A stretch of DNA of 64,000 bases from Octopus bimaculoides (lineage: Eukaryota). This document shows, piece after piece, positions 40,836 through 54,745 of the stretch. The DNA is taken from NCBI RefSeq assembly GCF_001194135.2, contig NC_068994.1, positions 59,199,960 through 59,263,959 on the forward strand, read 5' to 3'. The translations under genes were made by a program, and so were the position numbers. The number at the start of each line of letters is the position of its first letter. The stretch's first letter is position 1. The notes beneath the pieces were generated by a model. It saw only the letters and a list, made by a program, of their open reading frames with translations, was not told the origin of the DNA and searched no databases.

Positions 40836-43234
40836 CAGAAAAAGTCAAAAGTTACTTGTATTATTATCATCATTTATATATTTTACCTCTCAGATCCCTG
40901 TTTTACTTCTCAGATCCCTGTTTTACTTCTCGCTCTGGTCGATTCTTTGAGAGCAAACAGCAACCTGTTGTCTGAAATCTCCCAGAGTTTCTTTTCACAA
41001 ATTAAAAGACTTGGATTTTAACTTATCCTGGAAGACACTCAACATCCAACGATCAATCTCAAAATCCTAACTGTCCCCAACAGAGCAGTTTTTGGGGGGC
41101 ATGCTCTGCCCTCATGTCAGTTCCAATTTCTCCAACATATTTCTCAGTGCTGTGAGTGCCCCTACAATTACTGGTATAACAGTTACTCTCCTCATTGTCC
41201 ATATTCTTGCAATTTCGTCTTTTAGTAGTCTGTATTTCTTCCTTTTCTCCAGCGCTTTCTCACCAACATGTGCATCCATTACAACAATGTCTGAGCATCA
41301 ATTAGAGAGTCAGATTGGATTGTAAAATCCTATAAGATCTTATATTCGGTATTCTCATTGATACCTTCTGGTTTATGTTCTTACCATTTCCATGTCTAGC
41401 CTGTACTTCTCACACAACCTCCTCCACAGAACAAACTCAGCCATCTTATTACACCTTCCTTTTGTAGTGTTTTTGGCCCAGTTTGCTACACTCCCTGACT
41501 ACATGTGAGGTTGTTTCATTTTTGCTGTCACACATCCTACAAAGGGGCAACTTACTGCTCTGATCTGTTTGGAACTTGATGTAATTGGTTCCCAGAACTT
41601 CTTCCTGGCTGTGGCATATCAATGTCACAGTGCATCCTCTCAGATCACTTTTTCTTAGCCACCTCCAGGCGTTGGTCTTGTCTTTCCCTTCAATTTCTCT
41701 GCGGTATTAACCATACATTGTTTTCACTTCCCAGTTATTCTTTGTTTTCCATCATGTTCCATCCATGTTTTGGGTGTGTCACATTTTCAGCAGGTATCAT
41801 CTTGCTATTTCTAACAACAACAAACAAGGGTTCATTTTGCTATCTGTCGTACCATCCCACACTGTTCTTCTTGTTGGCAATGGATCTTGTATCATATGGG
41901 GCCTCTTCCCCAACTGTTCCTACGCACATACAATCTATTAATATCACTTTTTGGGTGCAGTTTCTTGTTCATTGCTATCATTTCCTTGAGCTCATTCTTT
42001 ATCCACCTACCAACATCTGCCCCCTATTGCATTAAGGATACTGCCCATATCATGTTACCCTGATCATGTTCTTTCCATTGAGTCTACTTCCCATAATTAA
42101 TTATTATTGTTGTTGTTGTTGCAACAATCGTGTTGTTTTGAAATTTAATTCACTCCACTCGATTTCCATGTTTAAAACCTGTTTTAAACCTCAGGGATTT
42201 AGTACTGCACAAATTAAATAAACAAAGATAAAAATATCCTCTTTCACTTTGTGTTACAATACAGAAACAACAAAAAGAAGTCAAAATTCACTTCTTTATT
42301 CCCCCCCCCCACACACACACACACCTCAATTCCAGTAACCTTTTTTAATAGCCTTTGGACTTTTGTGTTTTGAACTCCAGATATCAAGAATTTGCAAAAT
42401 GGTTAAAAAAGAAAATCAGTTCCAGGAGAAGGGTTAACTGGTCAGGTAGCTACCATTGGTTTCATGCCTACTATTGCACTTAGCAATATAGGTGATTCTT
42501 TTGGTGCAATAATGAATGTGAAACCATTGGACTCTGCACCATGCTGCCCTGGCAACAGGACTCTCCACCATGCCACACCAGCAGGAGAACCCTGTCATGG
42601 CTGTCAGACAATTTCTGTGACCACATCACCCCTGATACCTAACTCCCCAGACTGCAACCCCTTTGATTATTATGTGTGGGGCGCAGTTGAGCGAGAGACC
42701 AGCAAAACTCCTTGTAACATCAAAGATGAACTGACGGCAAGGATTATGGCAGCATTCACCAACTTAAACAAGGAGACTATCCAGAAGAGTTGCAGGAGAT
42801 TCCAAAGTTGTCTGGAGGCTGTGGTTGAAGCCAANNNNNNNNNNTTCCAAAGTTGTCTGGAGGCTGTGGTTGAAGCCAATGGCGATTTTATTGAATAAAT
42901 TTACTCTTCAGTATTTCAAAATATTTTTATGTAATTTTGGTAAATATATCTGTTAAAACGAGATGTTAGTGTTATTTTCATTTTTGCATAATTTAATCGA
43001 CAATATATTCACCGTGTCCTGTACACATGTATATGTGTATATATGTATGTATGTGTGTGTGTGTGTATGTATGTGTATGTATGTATGTATGCACATATAC
43101 ACCCCTTACTCATGAAGAATCCCTTTCACTGACCCAAATAAAATTCCATGCATTTTACTTCAAAAACCAGTCAAATATGACATACATTCACACATGAATA
43201 ACCATTACAAAAACTAGACTTTCAACTGACTCCA

Positions 43235-43277
<43 letters not shown>

Positions 43278-46200
43278 GAAACTCCCAAAGACAGCACAGG
43301 CAAAGACAGAGCTCCTGTAATTGACTGCTGTTGGTGTTTAACCCCAAGTCAATCCTGGTTGAGTAGGCCTATGATCAAATTTAGTCTACCCATGACTACC
43401 TTATTCTTCTTTAAGCCATTCTATATTTTGTTACAACTCGTCATCCTACTGTTGTTTGATGTTCAGCCGATTGTGGAGACAAGGTGATTTGAGGCAGATT
43501 TAGTTGGTATTTCTAGTAATTCATGTGGCCACATATTGATTGTCTCGTTAGTTTCAAACAGAAAGAGAGATGTATGTTGGCATGATCTTTAAACATGGTT
43601 TTGTAGGGTCAGTTACCTGGGTTTAGACATGATTTTGTAGAGTGTGTTTAGCAATGGAGGTGGATATTCTGAAAGAACAGGGTGGAATAAATACTGGGGA
43701 CTCTGTTGGTAACAAAGGGATTTCCTTCCTGAGTAAAGGGCAGATTGTATGATGCTTGTGTAATGAAACATAAGTCTTGAATACTAAGGATTTGGCTGGA
43801 AAGAAAAGAGTTCAGCAGTCTCTATCAGATATGTAATGTCAGTGTGAATAAGTGAGAAACAGGGTGAATTGGGTATAAGAGGTATTGGGTATTGTATGTA
43901 AGTGGTGTCAGTATGATGCCAAAGGGAGATGACAGTTGTTGGGTAATGAAGTGGCAAATAATCCAAGTAGAAGGAACCAGCTGAAGAGGATGACATGAGA
44001 AGTATTGGGGGAAAGATGATGTCAGGCTGTTAAACCTTTTGAAGGAGATGACAAATGGACAGCAAACTAACTCAGCATGGCAAAATGGACGCACACTGGT
44101 GATGATGATGATGATGATGATAACAATGGTAGTGGTGGTAGTGGTGGTGGTGAGTGTAGAAGTGATGGTGGTGCTGCTGCTGCCGCTACAGTCATTTTTG
44201 AGAGAAATTTATCTGCTATGTCTAGCCAGTCAAGTAACCCTGAAGAGACTCCTTCATCATCTTGTTACTGCTGTATAAATAACCATTAAAATATTTCACT
44301 TCTACTTTAACATTCCATTCTGTTGTAAATAACAAAATGAGACCTGAGCCATTTTTTTTATTCCCCAACGAGAGACAACAATCATTGGAAAACACCATTA
44401 GCATTCAGTGACATTTGTAAAAGTCTTCAGAATATTGCTGCNNNNNNNNNNNNNNNNNNNNNNNNNNNNNNNNNNNNNNNNGGGGAAGATCCTGTCTTTA
44501 CATGACCTACACTGTAGTTAAAGGAAGATGTGTGTGTGTTTTCATGGATGTGCATGTGTGCATATGTGTGTGTGTGTGTGTAAACACACATATTATGTTG
44601 ATGATGTGTGTGTAAACAGATGGACTGACAAGCAATCATGTGTGTTTCGGATTATGCATGCGTGGTAAACTTCATCCATTGCCCAAATTAACACACTACT
44701 TGATCCTTGGCTGCCTTTAGTAAAGTACTCACTTTTACAAGTATTTAAACCTGGTCTCTTCTTTTCCTCCTGCCAGTCATGGAGGCCCTGAAAAGGATCC
44801 CTGGTAATTTTCCTTCCCCCTCCAACTAAACCCCTATAACCGAAATATAAAGGAAGGATTCAATGTAAAGTTGTCTTGGGTAGAATTTGAACTCAGAATG
44901 CAAAAACTCAACTGCTACAAAACATTTTGTTCAATGTTTTGCAATTTATTATCCACTTGTGAAGATAATATTAGTTCTGAGAGTGAATCTATTTTTCTTA
45001 TATCTAATATATATTATATGTATATTATATGTATTTTTGAAAATATATTTTAAGGTTAAAAAACAGTGGAATAGCTGTAAGGTTTTGCACCAATGAGAAT
45101 GCCGTGACGCAAAAAGTCCTCTCTGAAAAACTGAGGAAATTTGGTTTTAACATTGAATGTTCCCAGATATTTTCTCCGATTCCAGCTGTTTGCAGTGTTC
45201 TAGGAAGCCGTGGATTACGGCCACTGCTTCTTGTGAATCCAAGTAAGTTTTTCTCCTTCTTCAGAATCTTTTACAAAAACGTATGATTAACAAGTTTGAT
45301 TGCCAACCAAGTCGTTTCAGGTTTGGTTTCTTCAACTACAGCCCCAGGCTGACACAAACGCCTTATGAATGAATTTGGTAGATGGAAACTAAAAGAAGCC
45401 TTATGTGTGTGTGTTTTATTTGTTTATATGCTTGAAGGCATCCATGACGATGGGAAGATGATTTAGTTTAGCAATTTTGGTCAATATGGAAAAGAATGGT
45501 GCAATCAAGACAGAATTAGAAGCGCATTGTGACCAGCAGTGTGTAACAACATCTGATGGTCTAGTCAGCACCTGATGGTCTGGTGGATATTCTATATTTT
45601 TAATGTCTGCTGCCACCTGTTTACCCCACCACACACGCACACACTCCTATGAAAGCATCCTCATATTCTCTCATCCTCTCCCACAACCCACTGTCTGTAT
45701 CTTCTCTTGTGTTCACCTTCTTGTTCCTTGATTGTTTGCTCTAGCACCCCCATCACTTCCTTCCTCTCATCTTCTCCTTCATAGCCAGACACCGGTGCTT
45801 CTTTCTTTAGCATAGTTTAGTCTTTCAACACCCAACACACCTCCTTAATGTCAACTAATCAACGTAAACAGTGAGTGATATTAGAGGTTACTCTGGTCTG
45901 CAGGGTTACAAGAGAAGTGGCTCAGTTAAAGACCTCCAAGATATGATGCATTATTAACTCAAATACTCTGTTAAGCCTACCCCTCAAAGACCATACTGTG
46001 GCATTAAACCAGTTACCATTTTAGGTCTCCCACTCAAACTAAAGCTTCTCAAAGGACCATGGTGTGGTGTTAAACCAGGTGATGTGTTAAATTTAATTTG
46101 TGATATTAATCAGTTATTCCATTATGGCTTATTTCCTATGTTTTAGAGGCTGCAGAAGACTTTCGTGACATTGATACAAGTAATCCCAACAGCGTTATCA

Positions 46201-47038
46201 TTGGTGATATGGCTGAGCATTTTACATATGAGGTTATGAATGAAGCATTTCAACTTCTCAAATCTTTATCGCATCCAGTTTTATTAGCTTTGGGAAGCAG
46301 GTAAATATCGGTCTTTGTAAATCTTTTATTTGGATCCTTTTGATTTGATGTGGGGCTATTTTTTTTTTTTTTTTTTTTGGACGGGCAAGTTATGTATTCA
46401 CCCAGACAAGGGATCTTACCTTGTGGGTACTTGGTGACCCTGTTGGTGCTGGTGTCACACAAAAAGCACCTCATACACACTGTAAAGTGGCTGGTGTTCA
46501 GAAGGGCACCCATTTATAGAAACCATGTCAAAACAGACGTTGGAACTTGGCACATCCTTCTGGTTTCTCAGTTCACAGAGGTAAGGACAAGTGATGGCAA
46601 CTTTTGGCAATTTGCTGTGCTTAAAAAGACTTGTCAAGCCAAGCAAAATCATGGTTGTGGGTGGTGCCAATGGCATGTAACAGCTTCCCTGCCGGTGACA
46701 CATAAAAAAGCACTTGTGCTGGGGACATGTAAAAAGGCACCGACTCTCAAAGTGTTTGGCATTAGGAAAGGCATTGAAGCCATTGAAGCCAAATTCAGAA
46801 CATAACCTGGTGTGGCTCTCTGGCTTACCACTTCCAGTTAAGCCATCTAACCCATGCCAACGTGGAAAGCAAATGCCCAATGATAATCATGATGATAATT
46901 TGTTTTTCTTTCTTATATTTTACAGCAAATATTATCAGGAAAATGGCAAACTTGTCCTTGATTCAGGGGCTTATATGAAAGTACTTGAGGTAACTGATTA
47001 TTAATATCATCGTAATCATCATCATCATCAAAATCATC

Positions 47039-47072
<34 letters not shown>

Positions 47073-48964
47073 GAAAATTATTAGTGTAGAAAAGGTGTAG
47101 GTAGAAACTCCATAAGATGTACCCAGTGTAAGCTATGGACACATAAGAGGTGCAGCAACATCAAAGGAAGATTAACTGAGAAGACAGCTTTCGTGTGCAG
47201 CAGATGCACAGGGGCAATAGACACCACAGATGCTCAGAAAACAGATTCCATCACACTCCAGGGTGGGGGAAACTCGAAGTAGTTGATAGCTTCCCCTACC
47301 CAGGTGACCAAGTTAGTAGTGGGGGGTGGATGCTCAGAGAGTGTTACCACTAGAATAAGAATAGCCTGGGCAAAGTTTAGAAAGCTTCTACCCCTACTGG
47401 TGACAAAGGGCCTCTCACTCAGAGTGAAAGGTAGATTGTATGATTCATGTGTGCGAACAGCTATGCTACATGGCAGTGAAACATGGGTTGTGACTGCTGA
47501 AGACATGTAGGCTTGCAAGAAACGAAGCTAGTATGCTCCGATGGATGTGTAATGTCAGTGTGGATGCACAACAGAGTGCAAGTGCCCTGACAGAAAAGTT
47601 GGACATAAGAAGTATCAGATGTGGTGTGCAAGAGAGACAACTGCGCTGACATGGTCAGGTGTTGCATATGGATGAGGACAGCTGTGTGAAGAAGTGTCAC
47701 ACCCTAACAGTGGGGGGAACCTGTGCAAGAGGGAGACCCAGGAAGACATGGGATGAGGTGGTCAAGCATGACCGTTGAACGTTGGGCCTCACAGAGGCAA
47801 TGCCTATAGTGGAAAGGATTATTATTATTATTATTGTTATTATTATTTGTTATATTCTTCATTATCTTGAAAACAAAAATCTTTCTTTTGTTTCTTTCAA
47901 TTCTTTGTTGTTTAAATTTTGGTTTATTTTACTTGTCCCTAGAGTGCCTGTGATATTGAAGCTGAAGTGTTTGGTAAACCATCACCTGAGTTTTTCAAAA
48001 CTGCCCTCAAGGATATGAATTTAAAACCTGCTGAGGCAAGTAACAGTTATTTTGTATTTATTGGGTTTTTTTATTTTCTGAAATTAAATTTTATATTGTT
48101 ATGTTTGTTCATAATTAAATGTTGAAATGGGTCAAAATGTTATTTCTTTGTTATTTTATTTTCTTCTTCTTGTGCTGAGTGTGGAGGAAGGTGGGACAGA
48201 GCCCATGACCTTTGTAGGCCCTTTAAGACTGGTTGAGTCTTAGGCCCTCTAAGACTGTTGTTAATGTTCTGTTTAAAACTGTGGCAGGTCTACAGCTGCA
48301 GGGAAGAAGAGATTCCAGTTTGAGAAAAGAGGGAAAGCGGCGGCAGCAGAGACTGGAGCATGTCTATTAGTGATGGAATGTCCACCAATCAAGCAGCCTT
48401 TTCTCTAAATCTGGTCAAAAATGCCTGTGTGCAGCAGCAGCAACATCTTTCCAAACACCTTTGAGGGCCCACTTGCACCTTGTAGAATGTCAGCAGCTGT
48501 TGTAAACCAAAATATTTTCAAACTGTGAAGGGAACGACTAGTATTTAGGATGGATCCTCCTAGTTATACTAAGGAACTGCTTTTAGCAGAAGAAATTCTT
48601 GGTGATAATAAGGTTCAGTATTTGGAAAGACCATGTCATCACTGAGTGCTGCTCAAGTTCTGTGAATCTGTCAGTTACTTATGTCATAAATCAATAATTA
48701 AGTAATTAACATTAATTAAACAACTCAGTATTCATCACTAGAATTGAAAACAACCTTCATAATTTTCATGTGGCATATTTAAAATATTTTTTTGTCTTTT
48801 TAGGTTGTTATGATTGGAGATGATATTGTCAATGATATTGGTGGAGCCCAGGCTGTTGGATTGAGGGGCGTTCAGGTGTGCACTGGAAAGTTTAGGTAAA
48901 AATATTTATTAAAGTTGATCTTCATATTTTAGTTTTGTCTTATCATTTTACCATTACCACCATC

Positions 48965-48997
<33 letters not shown>

Positions 48998-51900
48998 TTC
49001 CAGCTTCCATGGGTTGGATGGTTTGATGGAACCTAAGGAGTGAGAGGACATCATCAAGCAGCCGTATCTACCTGGACATAGTTCCTACAGGTGGATGCCC
49101 TTTCTAATGCCAACCACTTGGCACCAACACTAGTGACGATTGCCTCATAACTTGTAAGACTAAGGGTCAAAGTGGTCCTTATAACTAAGGAAGAATAGAA
49201 GAGAGAGTGTGTGATGATTGTAGGCAGAGGGATGAGGGAATGGTAAGAAGGGAAAGAAAAAGGATTAGTGACAGGGTTGGAAAAAGAGTGGAGGATGAAG
49301 TTGAAAAGGTGATACAATGAGTTATGTGAAGGGGTCAGGTATTCTTGGGTTATTTACTATTGTTTATATTTTCTGCAAATATAAACAGAAAGTGTGAAGG
49401 GAAGGAGTAACAGATTAGAGAGAAACCATGCCAAAGCAAACATAACCAACTTTAGTACCCTCATAGTGGTACCCTATATAATATCACTGAGTACCTCCAG
49501 TTGAAAGTTGTTTTCCAAGGAAATAACTTCAAATCTTGTTACAGTTATTATGGGGGTATCACTGAAGCATATCATGTTCCTTGCTCTATTTTGCCAGACT
49601 AACAAAACAAATGTAAGTTTTACTCCTGCTTTACAGGTGATTGGTTTGTGCCCGGGGGTGGGGGAGATATTCAGCTGTAAAAATGTTGTATCTTCAACAA
49701 AATCATCCAACCACAACAAATTGGGAGAAGAAAAGGTAAAACAATGAAATAGATTTCTCCAGAAATAGTTATGTCGACATAGTTTTGTTTTTCTGGTGGG
49801 TTTTGTGCTTTTCATGTACGTCAGCACATCTTGCTTCTCGTTCCAGTCCTTGACTAACTTGATTCAAATAAAAAGCCATTCAGTTTCTTTCTGAAAGTGA
49901 CAAATCTTCTCCCCCCCACCCCAGCTGATACCAGGCTTCTCGCCGCTCTACGTCACTGATACAATGTGTACACCGTTTTCCAATTTTTTTTTGTACTACT
50001 TCCTCCACCCGCCACTCATTTTACACTAACTGAAAAATGCAATCGAAAAATTTATTTTTATCTTGCAACAACAAGTGTTGTGATCCTGCATATCTCTGTT
50101 ATCTGAGAAAATTTGAAATGTTTTTTGGTCAAATTATGTAAACAAGTTTATAGCACAATCTTGTGTTGATAAACTGAAAATGCACCTTGGAAAGCAACTG
50201 TAAACAGGAAGCACTCAGTGATACTAAGGTTAGGGTCACACGATGACGATACAAAAGCTGGTTGTGATCTGAAAACAGGTGCAGAGATTATCTTTGTAAG
50301 AAGAGAAATTGTTAATGTGGCAGAATTAGAGATACTGCCAGAAGAGAATCACTTAACTAAAACCAAATTAATATTGAAATTTCATATACATATATATATC
50401 ATCGTCATTTAACGTCTGCTTTCCATGCTGGCATGGGTTGGACGGTTTGACTGAGGACTGGTGAAACCAGAAGGTTGCACCAGGCTCCAATCTGATCTGG
50501 CAGAGTTTCTACAGCTGGATGCCCTTCCTTATGCCAACCACTCTGAGAGTGTAGGGGGTGCTTTTACGTGCCACTAGCATGAGGGCCAGTCTGGCGACAC
50601 TGGCAACAACCATGCTCGAATGTTGTTTTTCACATACCACCGGCACATGTGCTGGTATGGCGACGCTGGCAACGATCATGCTCAAATGGTGCTTTTTATG
50701 TGCCACTGGCAGTCCACCCAGGTAGATGAGAGGGATATAACTGATGCTAAACTCAAATATTTGTAAATCAGTTTCTGCAGGATAAACAAAGACAGAAAAA
50801 GGGCCTCTGAGAATGGGGTTTGACATGTACTTTAGTATGAGGTCCAAGAGAGCAAAGGAACTTCTTATGGGTGGGGATGAGAGAAGGCTCTACTCTTCTC
50901 TTGACATGAAGCAAAACAGAAACAGTTTGAGGAGTGTCTGTTCGCTGTTTGCAACATTCTTCTTCCTTAGAATATTTCCAGAAACAAATCAATCATTTCA
51001 TTGAGATAAAAAAAAAAAAGCATTTGTGTTATTAAAGGTGAAAGACATTGAAAAATGTTGTTGAATGTTTGATTGTAAAGTTGTATCAGTGACACAGTCT
51101 ATCGGTCAATAGTGGAACAGGTGAAACAAGTTTGAATGGTCTGCTCTGTCTTCTGCCCTACTTTGGAAACACACAAGAGGAAATCAGTACAACTGAATTA
51201 TCTAAATTTATCTTGATTATTTAATTTAACTAAATTATCTAAATGATCAAGTACACATTTTGTTTGCCTTTTTCTTGTTTCAAATTTGTAAACATTTTTG
51301 TGGTGCTCCAGCATGGCCACAGTCTGAGCTGAAGCTACAAAAAAAAATCCGTTTTGAAAACAAGAGAAATAATCTTATTTTGGTTGATTTTAAAAAAAAT
51401 TTAAATTTAAATTTATTCACACTACAACAAATGTTATCTCTTTTAAAAGTTTAATCGAAAGCAACAGGGAGTTGAACTCATGACTTTTGTCAGACCTTTG
51501 GCAGTTGATGAGATTGATGTGATTGACGTGATTGGTGTGATTGATGCTCAGCTGGAACATTTGTTAGTTAATATCAGCTTGAAAATATGTTGGAGGAGAG
51601 ATAACTCTGTGGGATTGACATTTTTCTAGTGAAGAAGGATTGGATCCAGGATAGTGAAACACAATAGAGAAGACATAAGAAGAAGAAGAGTCGGGTGTCT
51701 CAGACATGGAAATGTGAGGTTATTTAGGACAAGGGCCTCATATAAATTTATTGATCAATTCATTAAAATGATTAAATTCTGTAAAGGCTTAAAAATTGAT
51801 AAACATTTGAAATTTTCAACAACCATGACATTTAAAAATCTTTTTTAAAGAATTTCAATGCCATTCATTTGCACTGCCTGACTTTTGACCGTTGTTGCTA

Positions 51901-52006
51901 TTGTTGTTCTTACAGACTTGAAGACAAGAACCATGCAACTGTAAAACCTGACGGATTTGCCAAAAATCTGGCAGAAGCTGTTGATCGTATTTTATCAAAC
52001 AACTGA
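39811..52006 (+). CDS. LHPP: Phospholysine phosphohistidine inorganic pyrophosphate phosphatase (HAD class IIA), 7 exons, 271 aa
   Basis: Exons 39811-39944, 45055-45242, 46147-46300, 46926-46989, 47943-48035, 48804-48895, 51916-52006 give 816 nt in frame. Motifs: LLLDITGVLYE (motif I, DxT variant), RFCTNE, DTSNPN, GKPSPEFF, VMIGDDIVNDIGGAQ, TGKFR, NLAEAVD. It resembles LHPP more than HDHD2 (from recalled sequences). Confidence 0.94.
40289..40793. mobile_element. Foldback or MITE-like palindromic element (LHPP intron 1)
   Basis: About 95-bp near-perfect inverted arms (GGCAATCCTTCGATATAAC... and ...GTTATATCGAAGGATTGCC) plus TG-rich and CA-rich inner arms. Confidence 0.85.
41020..42100 (-). mobile_element. 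RLE-type non-LTR fragment (RT C-terminus, CCHC, endonuclease), decayed
   Basis: LHPKSDINRLYV, LCRMCDSKNETTSHVVRECSKL, DFTIQSD, KYRLLKDEIARIW...VIPVIVGAL. Confidence 0.78.
42590..43022 (+). mobile_element. Tc1/mariner-superfamily transposase C-terminus relic
   Basis: PNSPDCNPFDYYVWGAVE...CRRFQSCLEAVVEANGDFIE*. Confidence 0.82.
45055..45242 (+). CDS. LHPP: LHPP exon 2
   Basis: LKNSGIAVRFCTNE...LRPLLLVNP. Confidence 0.94.
46147..46300 (+). CDS. LHPP: LHPP exon 3
   Basis: DFRDIDTSNPNSVIIGDMAEHFTYEVMNEAFQ...PVLLALGS. Confidence 0.95.
46395..46900 (+). mobile_element. Family A composite copy (LHPP intron 3)
   Basis: Two AAAAGCAC...GGAA(A)GGC units, ending AACCCATGCCAACGTGGAAAGC. Confidence 0.72.
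46926..46989 (+). CDS. LHPP: LHPP exon 4
   Basis: KYYQENGKLVLDSGAYMKVLE. Confidence 0.94.
47234..47790 (+). mobile_element. RTE-clade LINE ORF C-terminal fragment (LHPP intron 4)
   Basis: GGGCSESVTTRIRIAWAKFRKLLPLL...KGRLYDSCVRTAMLHGSETW...RGRPRKTWDEVV. Confidence 0.88.
47943..48035 (+). CDS. LHPP: LHPP exon 5 (GC donor)
   Basis: SACDIEAEVFGKPSPEFFKTALKDMNLKPAE; GAG|GCAAGT donor. Confidence 0.9.
48270..48620 (-). mobile_element. Decayed CR1/Jockey-like LINE C-terminal relic
   Basis: QQLLTFYKVQVGP resembles the QLLxLYKAQVRP motif; heavily frameshifted. Confidence 0.45.
48804..48895 (+). CDS. LHPP: LHPP exon 6
   Basis: VVMIGDDIVNDIGGAQAVGLRGVQVCTGKF. Confidence 0.96.
50400..50720 (-). mobile_element. 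Family A copy (LHPP intron 6; another at 48965-49150)
   Basis: TTTAACGTCTGCTTTCCATGCTGGCATGGGTTGGACGG...GGATGCCCTTCC. Confidence 0.82.
51916..52006 (+). CDS. LHPP: LHPP exon 7 (terminal, TGA)
   Basis: LEDKNHATVKPDGFAKNLAEAVDRILSNN*; AATAAA at 52059-52064. Confidence 0.94.
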
Positions 52007-53084
52007 TTAAATTCTTCAGTGAATTCTGTTATTTTGTTTTAACCATTTCTTGTGAGAAAATAAATCTACATTATTTGGTGCTGCCAGGAACAGTGTAAGC
52101 TTGGGTTTACTCTGTAATTGCTATTCAAAGAACATATTTTTCCTAATTTTCAACTTTGGCACAAAGTCACAAATTGGGTGAAGGAGGATGGTTCAGTCAG
52201 TTAAATCCACCCCAGGAAATGATACAATTGTTTTATTAACTCCAGAATAATTAAAAAAAGCAATATAAGCCTCAATGAGATTTGAACACATAATGTACAG
52301 AGCCAGAACAAACAGCAGCCAGTATTCCATGTGATGTGCCAAAGATTCTGTTAATCTACTACCACCTTTGTTAATTAACGAGAAATCAATCTACATTCAA
52401 ATTGATTACTTCAATATTTAAACTCTTTAAATAAATAAAATTATTTTAATTGAAAATTCTTCTTTTGATGATGTTTACCAAAAGGTTTTTATCATCAACA
52501 TCATCATCATCATTTAACATTTGCTTCCCAAACTGATGGCTTAGTGGTAGAGGTGTTGTATTCATGATCTCAAGATCGTGGTTTCAATTCCTGAACCAGG
52601 CAAAACATTGTGCTCTTGAGCAAGGCACTTCATTTCACATTGCTGCAGTCCACTCAGATGGCGAAAGTGAGTTAATTCTGCAATGGACTGATGTCTCATC
52701 CAGGGAAGAATATGTCCCCCAGAGAAACCAGGAAATTGGCCTGATGCTCCTTACAGAATAATGTGGACTAACTTTTCCATGTTGGTGGAACTGTTTGACA
52801 GAATCTGGCAAAACTGGAAGACAATGCCAAGTTCTCATGTTTGCATTGGCATCGTTCCCATAGCTACATGTCTTTTCTAATCTCAAAGTTTTACAGTTTT
52901 ATATTTTTCTTACTTCAGCTGAAAGAATAGGGTTGAATCCTGTTGCTGTGAAAGGATTCAAAGAATATGTTTTTCATTAGAATTGCCTTTTCTCTTCGAG
53001 ATTCTCTTTATTGTTTCTAATATCAAAAGCTCATTTTTTTCATCAACCTCCACTCTCTATCTCTCTGTGTGTCTGTCTCTGTCA

Positions 53085-53120
<36 letters not shown>

Positions 53121-54745
53121 GAGCTGATTACATTGACACTCAGTCAAACCGTCCAACCCAGGCCAGCATGGATGACGATGATGATGATGATGAATGATAA
53201 TAATAAGAATGATGATGATAATGATAGATTAGAGAGAAAGGGAGACGCTATGTGAATTGTTAGGTTGCCAGAAGGAGGAAAGGGAAACTACAAGTGATAG
53301 TAGGGGAGGGGCTATGACAACAAGAATACCTGGTCAATGAGGGCTCACTTGAGATTAAACAACAACAACAACAATGATTATCAATTTGCAATTTATAAAA
53401 ACAGATAAAAGAATTTATTTAACGTTACAGAGATCAATAGATAGTCTTGTTTCAGAGGTAATTATTAAAAAGGGAAAGGTGATTAATGATTACTGAATGT
53501 TATATAATTATACTTAACGAGTTCTCTTGTCTGTGAAATAGGTAGACCATTGCTATCAGATAACTTCTTTTAACTCTTTTCTTACCATATTTCTGGTAAA
53601 ATGCACTGATTTTGTGTCAATTAATTTTGAAAATAAGGAAGAATTTAGTGAAATAACTTTGCCATTATTAAGAGAATGTTTGGAACATAAATTAACATGG
53701 AATTTTGATGGAAGTTTTTTAAGTTCACTTTAAAACAATATAAAAAAATTACTGTGATTAAATCATGAATTTCTTAAGGAAATTATAAATAATTTTCAGA
53801 AGTGTCTTCTTTTTTGTTTTTTGTTTTTGTTCAATTAAAATCAAAACTTGTTTTAATTATATTCTGGTGTCTTTTGTTTAATTTTGTGTTTGTGCAGCTG
53901 CAAAGATATACTAATTAACTTTATTCCTTAATTGTTGTGCAAAAACCTGTACAAATTCACAAAAAACTATGAACAGACGTTGATTTACCAACACACTCAC
54001 ACATACAGAAACATACTCTCATAAATGCACACACTTACACAAAAGCAGAGGGAAAAAAAATCAAAGCAAAATATTTCGAGACAAAAAAAAAAAAAACGGG
54101 GTTATTGCAGAAATGCCAAAGTATGCAATAATTGGAACTGGCATCAACAAATTTTATGAATATTTCAGATTCTGTCTTTGTAAATTAAATACTTTGAAAG
54201 CAATTTTTGTAATTTTCTCTAATTCCTTTGGCTAAAATACTTCCTATGGCACCTTACTAAAATATACTACTTTCAAAAAGTTTCCTCCAAATCTCTTCCA
54301 ATCTATTTGTGACCAACCAAAAGCAAAAAAGAAGTGGTGTCTATCACTTAATTTGGCAAAGGCTAACAAACTGTTTCCTTTCATTGTTTCCTCTCTTATT
54401 TTGAGGATTTAAATGTTAAAAGTCAGTGATTCTTTTTGATCTGTTGACTGACTTAAAATGCTTTATATATGATGTTGTTGCTGTTGTTGTCGTCCTTCTT
54501 TAGCCCCAGAGTTAGTTCTGATTCAACAGACATACGATTAAAGATAATCTGCTTTTGGCCATTCCATCCCATCCTACTCTAAATTATCCTGAGTTCAGAG
54601 ACTCCATCTGTATGCAAAACTTAAGTTAATCTTGACTCATTTAGAGCAAAGAGCATGATAAAAAAAAAAAACTGACTAGAAATAATTATACTGTGTAAAG
54701 AAAAATTATATTGTTTATTGACTAGTATTAATTTTATTATTTCAG

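Noticed and set aside
42800-42879. 35-bp direct duplication in the Tc1 relic
   Set aside because: The identical copies flank a 10-N gap, typical of an unmerged contig overlap.
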